Assembly (NCBI GenBank): GCA_013362295.1
Contig: JABFWJ010000319.1
Location: 1-38,501 of the forward strand
Direction: 5' to 3'
Length of the DNA: 38,501 bases
DNA from: Thermoleophilia bacterium
GTDB taxonomy: Bacteria > Actinomycetota > Thermoleophilia > Gaiellales > Gaiellaceae
Every line of letters starts with the position of its first letter. The first letter of the stretch is position 1. Shown here in pieces: positions 32,338-38,501 of this stretch. The translations under genes and the position numbers were made by a program. The notes below the pieces were generated by a model. That model did no database searches and was not told the origin of the DNA. It worked only from the letters and a program-made list of their open reading frames with translations.

Positions 32338-33857
32338 TGCTGGGCTTCGACTTCAACAGCGCGATCTCGAACTTCGCGCTCACATGGCTCCCCGTCATGT
32401 TCTTCCTCCTGATGTGCATCGTGGTCTACCTCCTCTGGAAGACGGTCAAGCTGATGCCGCGCGTCAAGCCGATGGAGATCACCCCCGGTTCGGCCTCGGC
32501 CGTCACCTGGGACGACGTCGCCGGCCTCGACGAGGCGAAGGAGGAACTGCAGGAGATCGTCGACTTCCTCCGCGACCCCGCACGCTTCGAGGCGCTCGGC
32601 GCCCGCGTGCCCAAGGGCATCCTCTTCCACGGCCCGCCCGGGACCGGCAAGACGCTCGCGGCGAAAGCCGTCGCGAACGAGTCCGGCGCACGCTTCTATG
32701 CGCAGAGCGCATCCGCGTTCGTCGAGATGTTCGCCGGCCTCGGGGCGGCGCGCATCCGCAAGCTCTTCGAAGAGGCGCGCAAGAACGCCCCGTCCATCGT
32801 CTTCATCGACGAGCTCGACGCCGTGGGCCAGGCGCGTAGCGGCCATTCGTTCAACCGCGAGCAGGACCAGACGCTGAACCAGCTGCTCGTCGAGCTCGAC
32901 GGCTTCGGGCCGCGCGACCAAGTCGTGGTCATGGGCGCCAGCAACCGCCTGCAGGACCTCGACCCGGCCCTGCTCCGTCCGGGGCGCTTCGACCGGCAGG
33001 TGCTGATCAACCCGCCCGACCTGAAGGGACGCCGCGCGATCCTCGACGTGCACACACGCGGGAAACCGCTCGGGGACGACGTCGACCTCGACGGGGTCGC
33101 ACGCCAGACCTCCGGCCTCACGGGCGCCGACCTCCAGAACATCTGCAACGAGGCCGCGATCGGCGCGGGACGCAACGACCGCGCGACGCTCACGCACGCC
33201 GACTTCGACTACGCGCTCGAGCGGGTCGTCGCGGGACTGCAGCAGCGGCGCGTCGTCACGGACAAGGAGAAGCGCATCCTCGCCTACCACGAGGCGGGCC
33301 ACGCGCTGATGTCGCACCTCGTCGGCAACCAGCCGGAGAAGGCGACGATCATCGCGCGCGGCACGGCGCTCGGCTACGTCTTGCACCTGCCCGAGGAGGA
33401 GCGCTACCTCGAGACGAAGGAGGAGCTGCTCGACTGGATGGTGATGGCGCTCTCCGGCCGGGCCGCCGAGGAGATCGTCTTCGGCCGCGTCACGAACGGC
33501 GCCGCCAACGATCTCGAGAAGGTGACCCAGATCGCCCGGGCGATGGTCTTCGAGTGGGGCATGGGCGAGTCGGTCACGTCGCGGACGATGCGCGCTGACA
33601 ACTACGCCCTCTCGGAGGAGACGAAGCGCCTGCGCGACACCGAGCAGGCGCGCCTGACCGACGCCGCCTATGCCGACGCCGTGCGGCTGCTCTCGAAGCA
33701 TCGCGGGGCCCTCGACCGCGTCTCCGCCGCGCTGCTCGAGAAGGAGACGCTCGACCGCGACGAGCTCGCCGCCCTGTTCGCCGGCGTGGAGCCCGAGTCG
33801 CGCTCGTCCGATTCCGTCGGCGTCGTACGCGCGCTCGGCGTCGATCCCACCGGGTAG
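32334..33857 (+). CDS. ftsH: FtsH-family AAA+ zinc metalloprotease, minimal single-TM paralogue
   Basis: One TM ([20 protein letters not shown]), then immediately [14 protein letters not shown]. Walker A GPPGTGKT, Walker [13 protein letters not shown] region [18 protein letters not shown], zinc motif HEAGHAL. 507 aa. Start is GTG 32334 or ATG 32337. Confidence 0.85.
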   Translation: MMLGFDFNSAISNFALTWLPVMFFLLMCIVVYLLWKTVKLMPRVKPMEITPGSASAVTWDDVAGLDEAKEELQEIVDFLRDPARFEALGARVPKGILFHGPPGTGKTLAAKAVANESGARFYAQSASAFVEMFAGLGAARIRKLFEEARKNAPSIVFIDELDAVGQARSGHSFNREQDQTLNQLLVELDGFGPRDQVVVMGASNRLQDLDPALLRPGRFDRQVLINPPDLKGRRAILDVHTRGKPLGDDVDLDGVARQTSGLTGADLQNICNEAAIGAGRNDRATLTHADFDYALERVVAGLQQRRVVTDKEKRILAYHEAGHALMSHLVGNQPEKATIIARGTALGYVLHLPEEERYLETKEELLDWMVMALSGRAAEEIVFGRVTNGAANDLEKVTQIARAMVFEWGMGESVTSRTMRADNYALSEETKRLRDTEQARLTDAAYADAVRLLSKHRGALDRVSAALLEKETLDRDELAALFAGVEPESRSSDSVGVVRALGVDPTG

Positions 33858-33871
33858 CTAGCTTCCTCTGC

Positions 33872-34420
33872 ATGAAACCGGACTGGCCGCTCGAGACCGA
33901 GCGACTCGTGCTGCGCCCGTTCGAGCCGGGCGACCTGGCCGACCTCCACCGCATCCACGCGGACGAGACCGTCACCCGCTACCTCTACAACGAGCCGCGC
34001 AGCCTCGACGAGGCACGCTCGCTGCTCGACCGCAAGATCGCCGGCGCGCAGGTCTGCGCCGAAGAGGACTGGCTGAGCGCCGCCGTCATTGTCCGGGACG
34101 GCGGGCACGTCGTGGGCGACCTCGCGCTCCAGTGGGTGAGCGAGGTACACAGGACCGGCGAGATCGGCTTCGTCTTCGACCCGGCACAGCAGGGTCGCGG
34201 CTACGCGACCGAGGCCGCGCGTGCGTTCCTCGGAGTCGCGTTCGGCGACTTCGGCTTCCATCGCGTGGTCGGCCGCACGGAGGCGCGCAACACCGCGTCC
34301 GTGCGGGTGCTCGAGAAGCTCGGCATGCGGTGCGAGGCGCACCTCGTCGAGAACGAGTGGGTCAAGGGGGAATGGCAGAGCGAGCTCGTCTACGCGATCC
34401 TGGACCGGGAATGGCGCTGA
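33872..34420 (+). CDS. GNAT family N-acetyltransferase (RimJ/RimL-like)
   Basis: ETERLVLRPFEPGDLADL start typical of the Acetyltransf_3 type. QGRGYATEAARA acetyl-CoA loop, ARNTASVRVLEKLGM. Confidence 0.8.
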   Translation: MKPDWPLETERLVLRPFEPGDLADLHRIHADETVTRYLYNEPRSLDEARSLLDRKIAGAQVCAEEDWLSAAVIVRDGGHVVGDLALQWVSEVHRTGEIGFVFDPAQQGRGYATEAARAFLGVAFGDFGFHRVVGRTEARNTASVRVLEKLGMRCEAHLVENEWVKGEWQSELVYAILDREWR

Positions 34421-34818
34421 ACGTCCACCACCTCGGCATCGCCGTCGACGACCTCGACACGGCGCTGCTCGTCTACTCCGATCTGTTCGGCGCGACGCCC
34501 GAGCATCGCGATCGCGTCGAGGACCAGGGCGTCGAGGCGGCCTCGCTGCGCGTCGGGGAGTCGCGGATCGAGCTGCTGGAGCCGCTCGCCCCGGACACGC
34601 CGGTCGGGCGGTTCATCGCCAAGCGCGGACCGGGGATGCACCACGTCGCGTTCCAGGTCGCCGACGTCGCCGTCGAGCTCGAGCGGCTGAAGGCGCACGG
34701 CGTGCAGCTGATCGACGAGGTGCCGCGTCCGGGCCTCTTCGGCCTCCAGGTCGCGTTCGTCCATCCGGAGGCAACCGGCGGTGTTCTGGCAGAGTTCGTC
34801 GCCGATGACAGAACCTGA
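34411..34818 (+). CDS. mce: Methylmalonyl-CoA epimerase (VOC/glyoxalase fold)
   Basis: HHLGIAVDDLD, RIELLEPL, PVGRFIAKRGPGMHHVAFQV, VAFVHPEATGGVLAEFV. ATG 34411 overlaps the GNAT gene by 10 nt. Confidence 0.85.
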   Translation: MALNVHHLGIAVDDLDTALLVYSDLFGATPEHRDRVEDQGVEAASLRVGESRIELLEPLAPDTPVGRFIAKRGPGMHHVAFQVADVAVELERLKAHGVQLIDEVPRPGLFGLQVAFVHPEATGGVLAEFVADDRT

Positions 34819-35035
34819 CCGCATCCGAATCGAGATCGCGTTCGAGGGCACCCAGGTGCTCACCGTGTACGTCCCCGTCTCGACCGCCGACGACCTCGAT
34901 CGCGCCCTGGCGGGTGCGCACGACAGCCTGAGCTTCGAGGCCGAGGACGGCCGCTACACGGTCTCCGTCCCGAAGATCGTCTATGTCAAGCGCTTCGCCC
35001 GCGAGAGCCGGGTCGGCTTCGGAGCCGTTGCCTGA
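34805..35035 (+). CDS. Small conserved actinobacterial protein, DUF3107-like
   Basis: 76 aa. The IRIEIAF...LSFEAEDGRYTVSVPKIVYVKRF...RVGFGA pattern matches my recollection of DUF3107 proteins, including the C-terminal VGFG. ATG 34805 is preferred to 34781. Confidence 0.5.
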   Translation: MTEPDRIRIEIAFEGTQVLTVYVPVSTADDLDRALAGAHDSLSFEAEDGRYTVSVPKIVYVKRFARESRVGFGAVA

Positions 35036-35082
35036 CCCTCCCGGGTTAGGCACCTCGCGCCCCCGGGCACCTATGTTGCGGG

Positions 35083-35667
35083 ATGACCGAGGCGGCGACG
35101 ACGAAGAAGGAGAGCGAGACCAAGCGCGTCCGCGCCCTGGTCGACCGGGCCCAGCAGGGCGACCGCGGGGCGCTCGAAGAGCTCTACCTGATCCACTTCG
35201 ACCGCATCTACAGCTACCTCCACGTCAGCGTCGGCAACCGGCACGACGCGGAGGATCTGACCACGCAGACGTTCCTGAAGATGCTGGAGTCGATCCGGAA
35301 GTTCCGGTGGCAGTCGGCACCCTTCTCGGCCTGGCTGTTCCGGATCGCGCACAACCTCGCCATGGACCACTTCCGCGCCAACAAGCGCTGGCAGCCCGAG
35401 GAGGACGTGCCGGAGCCCGAGGCCGACGAGGCGACCTCGGCTGAGGCCGGGGCGCTCGAGGCGATCGGCCGCAAGTCGATGCTCGACCTGATCGAGGACC
35501 TCTCGCCCGAGCAGCAGCAGGTCCTCACGCTGAAGTTCGTCTTCAACTTCGCGAACGCGGAGGCGGCGACCATCCTCGGGAAGACCGAAGGCGCGATCAA
35601 GTCGCTGCAGCACCGCGCGCTCGTCTCGCTGCAGAAGCAGCTCGAACGGCGCGACACTCCCACGTAG
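35083..35667 (+). CDS. ECF-type sigma-70 family RNA polymerase sigma factor
   Basis: Region 2 (ELYLIHFDRIYSYL, DAEDLTTQTF, FSAWLFRIAHNLAMDHFR) and region 4 (LSPEQQQVLTLKF, EAATILGKTEGAIKSLQHRA). Confidence 0.88.
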   Translation: MTEAATTKKESETKRVRALVDRAQQGDRGALEELYLIHFDRIYSYLHVSVGNRHDAEDLTTQTFLKMLESIRKFRWQSAPFSAWLFRIAHNLAMDHFRANKRWQPEEDVPEPEADEATSAEAGALEAIGRKSMLDLIEDLSPEQQQVLTLKFVFNFANAEAATILGKTEGAIKSLQHRALVSLQKQLERRDTPT

Positions 35668-35680
35668 CTACGCTCCGGCC

Positions 35681-36604
35681 GTGGCGCTCGAGGTGGGTAT
35701 CGTCGGCCCGGCGGGCAGCGGGAAGACGTCGCTCTTCACCGCGCTCACGAAGGCCGGCGGCGGCGAGTACGGCAAGACGAACGTCGGCATGGCGCCGATC
35801 GCCGACGCGCGCCTCGGCGCGCTCGCGCAGGTCGTCAAGGCGCGCAAGGTCACGCCCGCGACGATTCGGGTGCAGGACGTCCCGGGCTCCGGAGCGGCGC
35901 AGCTCGGAAACCTCCGCCAGGTCGACGCGCTGCTCGTCGTCCTGCGCGGCTTCGGCGCGGACGCAACACCGGACGACGATCTGGAGACGTTTCGGCTGGA
36001 GCTCCTCGTCGCCGACCGCGACCACGTCGAACGGCGCCTGGAGCGGGTCGAGAAGCAGGCGAAGTCCGGTGACCCGAAGCTCCGTGCGGAGGTCGAGGAG
36101 CTCGAGCGGTTGCTCGCCCACGTCGACGCGGGCGGCGCGCTTGCCGACTACGCCGGCGCGCTGCCGGGCGAGCTGGAGCCGCTGACGACGAAGCCGCTGA
36201 TCGCCGTCGTCAACGGCCCCGGCGGGATCGACCTGAAGCTCGAGGCCGAGCTCGCCGAGCTCCCGGACGAGGAGGCGGCGGCGTTTCGCGACGGCAGCGA
36301 GTCGGCGCTCGAGGAGATCGCCGGCCGGCTTGCCCAAGCGCTCGACCTGATCACGTTCTTCACGGCGGGGGAGCAGGAGACGCGCGCGTGGACCCTGCGG
36401 AACGGCCAGACCGCGCTCGACGCCGCCGGCGCGATCCACACCGACATCGCCCGCGGCTTCATCCGTTGCGAGGTCGTCAACTGGCGCGACCTCGTCGACC
36501 TCGGCTCGCACGCCGAGGTGGCGAAGCAGGGGAAGCAGGGCCTCGAGGGGAAGACGTACGTCGTCCGCGACGGCGACGTCCTGAACATCCGCTTCAACGT
36601 CTGA
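35681..36604 (+). CDS. ychF: YchF/OLA1-family P-loop GTPase/ATPase, short divergent form
   Basis: G1 GIVGPAGSGKTS, G3 DVPG, and the characteristic C-terminal domain LITFFTAGEQETRAWTLRNGQTALDAAGAIHTDIARGFIRCEVV...YVVRDGDVLNIRFNV. 307 aa. GTG start. Confidence 0.8.
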   Translation: MALEVGIVGPAGSGKTSLFTALTKAGGGEYGKTNVGMAPIADARLGALAQVVKARKVTPATIRVQDVPGSGAAQLGNLRQVDALLVVLRGFGADATPDDDLETFRLELLVADRDHVERRLERVEKQAKSGDPKLRAEVEELERLLAHVDAGGALADYAGALPGELEPLTTKPLIAVVNGPGGIDLKLEAELAELPDEEAAAFRDGSESALEEIAGRLAQALDLITFFTAGEQETRAWTLRNGQTALDAAGAIHTDIARGFIRCEVVNWRDLVDLGSHAEVAKQGKQGLEGKTYVVRDGDVLNIRFNV

Positions 36605-36638
36605 GCGCTGCGGCGGTTCGATTGCCCCCTGACCGAAC

Positions 36639-36674
36639 CTGATTCGGCGCAGCCGAACCAGATTCGAGCTTTTT
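36639..36674 (+). terminator. Possible terminator hairpin in the convergent ychF/eamA spacer
   Basis: CTGATTCGG (36639-36647) pairs with CCGAACCAG (36653-36661) in 8 of 9 positions around a 5-nt loop. A T5 run lies at 36670-36674 but is 8 nt from the stem, so the geometry is atypical. Confidence 0.3.
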
Positions 36675-36679
36675 GGTGT

Positions 36680-37507
36680 TCAGAAGCTGATCAGCACGAC
36701 CCCGGTGAGCGTCAGCACGATCCCCGACTTCTGCCACCGCGCGACGTTCTCGTGCAGGACGGTGGCGGCGAGCAGCACCGTCACGACCGGGTAGAGCGAC
36801 GCCAGCACCGAGGTCAGGCTCACGAGGCCGTGGCCCGACGAGGCGGCAAAGAGCACGTTGCCGAACGTGTCGGCGATCCCGACGGCCGCGGCGATCAGTA
36901 GGTCGCGCGGGCGCAACCGCAGCGGCGTGCGCCGGTTGGAGACGACCGCGACGAGAAGCAGCAGCGCCGTCGAGCGGAAGACGAGCGACGCCCACCAGAA
37001 GTCGACCTTGCCGGCCGCATGCATCCACGGGAAGTAGAAGCCGAACCCCAGTGCGGCGAGCAGCGCGAGGCCGACGCCTGCGGCGACCCGCGGCGACCCT
37101 TCGTGGTGCTCGATCGAGGCGAGTGCGACCCCGCCGAGCGCGCAGGCGATGCCGGCGATCTGCGCGCCGGACGGGCTGTCCCCGGTGGCGATGCCGAAGA
37201 TCACGGGGACGACGGCGGAGACGCCGGCGATCGGCGCCACGACGCTCATCGCGCCCTCCACCATCCCCTGGTAGTACGCGAACAGCCCGACCATTCCGCC
37301 GAGTGCGGCCGCGCAGGCGAACAGCACGGCCCAGCCTCGCGGCCCCTCGCCGCGCACGCCCACGGCCAGCGCGATCGCAAGGACGCCGCCGACCTGCCCC
37401 CAGAAGATCACGCGCAGCGACCCGAGCGTCCGGCTCACGAGCGGGCCGAAGAAATCCCCCACACCCCACGCGAGGCTCGCACCCAGGGCCAGCAGCAGGG
37501 AGCCCAA
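36680..37507 (-). CDS. EamA/DMT-superfamily transporter
   Basis: 275 aa and about ten hydrophobic helices in two repeated halves. N-terminus LALGASLAWGVGDFF is typical of EamA domains. Confidence 0.75.
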   Translation of the reverse strand: MGSLLLALGASLAWGVGDFFGPLVSRTLGSLRVIFWGQVGGVLAIALAVGVRGEGPRGWAVLFACAAALGGMVGLFAYYQGMVEGAMSVVAPIAGVSAVVPVIFGIATGDSPSGAQIAGIACALGGVALASIEHHEGSPRVAAGVGLALLAALGFGFYFPWMHAAGKVDFWWASLVFRSTALLLLVAVVSNRRTPLRLRPRDLLIAAAVGIADTFGNVLFAASSGHGLVSLTSVLASLYPVVTVLLAATVLHENVARWQKSGIVLTLTGVVLISF

Positions 37508-37513
37508 CGTGCG

Positions 37514-38332
37514 CTACGGGGCTTCTGTGCGGCGGGTGGCGGCGATCGCGTCGAGCTGGTTCGCGTGGTAGAGCACGGCCGCCTCGGCCGTGCGGGCGCC
37601 GCGCGCATCGTGGTGCGTCGCGACGCAATGGAGGAGCTCGGCCAGCTGGCCGCCGGTCAGTCCCTGCGCGCGCTCCTCGATCAGGCGCAGGCCGAGGTGG
37701 ACGTGCCCGAGCAGCCGCCCTTCCTCCGTGACGGAGAACGTGGGGCCGCGCGACAGCTCGGCCGTGCGGCCGACGTCGTGCAGGAGCGCGGCCGAGAGCA
37801 GCAGGTCCGGTCGCAGCCGTGGGTGCAGCTGCGACGTCTCGCGGCACAGCGTGGCGACGCCGACCGTGTGCTCGAGCAGTCCGCCGGCGTAGGAGTGGTG
37901 CTCGTCCGCGGTCGCCGGATACGTCGTCAGGTCACGGTCCGCGAGCACCGCGGTGACCGTCGCCGCGAGGCCCGGGTGCGAGAGCTCCGCGACGAGGAAG
38001 TCGAGGAAGCCCGCGAGCTCGTCCGGGTCACGGCGGATCGCCGGCGTCAGCGACTGCGGATCGACGTCCGCCGTCTCGAGCGAGCGCACGTCGAGCTGCA
38101 GCCGGTCGCGAAACTTCTCCACGCGCCCGAGCACGCGCACCGCGTCGCCTTCGCCGAACCGTCCGTCGAGCAGCTCCACGTCCTTCCAGACGCGCGCCTC
38201 GATCCGGCCCGTCGGGTCGACCAGCTCGAGTGCGAGATACGACGCGCCGTTCCTCGTGCGGAGCTTTCGTTTCGTCCTGACGGCGTACACGCCTTCGACG
38301 ACGCGATCCTCCGCGAGCTCGGCGATCGTCAT
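37514..38332 (-). CDS. OB-fold plus HD-domain phosphohydrolase (YhaM-like 3'-5' exoribonuclease family)
   Basis: N-terminal OB-like segment (VEGVYAVRTKRKLRTRNGASYLALELVDPTGRIEARVW). HD-domain motifs HHSYAGGLLEHT and LLHDVGR. ATG 38332 is preferred to 38380. Confidence 0.6.
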   Translation of the reverse strand: MTIAELAEDRVVEGVYAVRTKRKLRTRNGASYLALELVDPTGRIEARVWKDVELLDGRFGEGDAVRVLGRVEKFRDRLQLDVRSLETADVDPQSLTPAIRRDPDELAGFLDFLVAELSHPGLAATVTAVLADRDLTTYPATADEHHSYAGGLLEHTVGVATLCRETSQLHPRLRPDLLLSAALLHDVGRTAELSRGPTFSVTEEGRLLGHVHLGLRLIEERAQGLTGGQLAELLHCVATHHDARGARTAEAAVLYHANQLDAIAATRRTEAP

Positions 38333-38341
38333 GAAGGCCAG

Positions 38342-38501
38342 CCTACCGCCGGGCCCAGATGCGGAAGCCCTCCTCGTCACGTCCGTCGGCGACCTCGTCG
38401 AGCACGGCCGCCGCTTCCTGGCGACGCCAACCGAGCGGGCGGAGGTCGGCGGCGGTCACCTCGCCGGCCGCCTCGAGGAAGAGCAGCGCCAGCTCTCGGC
38501 G
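38342..38501 (-). CDS. C-terminal end of an unidentified protein (5' end outside the window)
   Basis: The minus-strand frame is open from the window edge to TAG (complement of 38342-38344). It encodes ...LFLEAAGEVTAADLRPLGWRRQEAAAVLDEVADGRDEEGFRIWARR. GC3 bias fits coding sequence. It is not in the ORF track because no start codon lies in the window. Confidence 0.35.

Noticed and set aside
30621-33857. pncB-pncA-ftsH as a possible NAD-related defence or counter-defense module.
   Set aside because: pncB and pncA form the ordinary Preiss-Handler salvage pair. There are no Sir2/TIR/SEFIR-type NADases, nucleases or other defence hallmarks nearby. Given the window-wide overlaps of unrelated genes, the linkage to ftsH is more simply explained by compaction.
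34132-34410. Upstream extension of the epimerase ORF (track ORF 34132-34818, 228 aa) and the parallel 195-aa ORF 34221-34808.
   Set aside because: The extensions overlap the GNAT gene in other frames and are Arg/Gly/Pro-rich. The epimerase homology begins at MALNVHHLGIAV (ATG 34411).
1-38501. Scan for CRISPR arrays, tandem repeats, IS elements, inteins and rRNA genes.
   Set aside because: I saw no regularly spaced direct repeats, transposase or integrase motifs, intein blocks inside the conserved enzymes, or rRNA-like segments by eye. The only RNA gene supported is tRNA-Phe.

Overview
This is a very GC-rich, gene-dense chromosomal segment that looks Actinomycetota-like. I cannot assign the taxon from sequence alone. 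I call 46 protein-coding genes, two of them partial at the window edges, and one tRNA-Phe(GAA). Almost all are housekeeping genes:

- Molybdenum cofactor: moeA, moaC, moaB/mog.
- Envelope stress: an OmpR-type response regulator, a histidine kinase and an HtrA/PepD-like protease.
- Trehalose: treT and otsA.
- Haem: ccmABCD, a hemX-like gene and hemACD.
- Other metabolism: arginase, folate (pabBC), NAD salvage (pncB/pncA), methylmalonyl-CoA epimerase.
- Other functions: an FtsH paralogue, an ECF-type sigma factor, ychF and rarA.

I see no CRISPR array, transposase, integrase, prophage genes or recognisable defence genes. The very long ORFs in the six-frame track are mostly GC-driven antisense artefacts, or N-terminal over-extensions of shorter real genes.

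I cannot point to a convincing, clearly novel multi-gene system. The features most worth a second look are:

1. A haem cluster in which ccmAB and ccmCD are split by a Crp-family regulator and a secreted di-haem CCP/MauG-like protein. It is chained to a hemX-like gene and hemACD, and no ccmE/F/G/H is in view.
2. A minimal free-standing LAGLIDADG-like gene wedged between the histidine kinase and the HtrA-like protease.
3. A terminator - tRNA-Phe - arginase arrangement with only 3 nt between the tRNA 3' end and the arginase start codon.
4. Two unusually long, lower-GC intergenic regions flanking an orphan RsbW-like anti-sigma kinase. One contains nested stems closed by a 10-bp long-range pairing.
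5. Pervasive 4-nt stop/start overlaps that chain functionally unrelated genes.

All functional interpretations come from reading motifs by eye. No searches were run.
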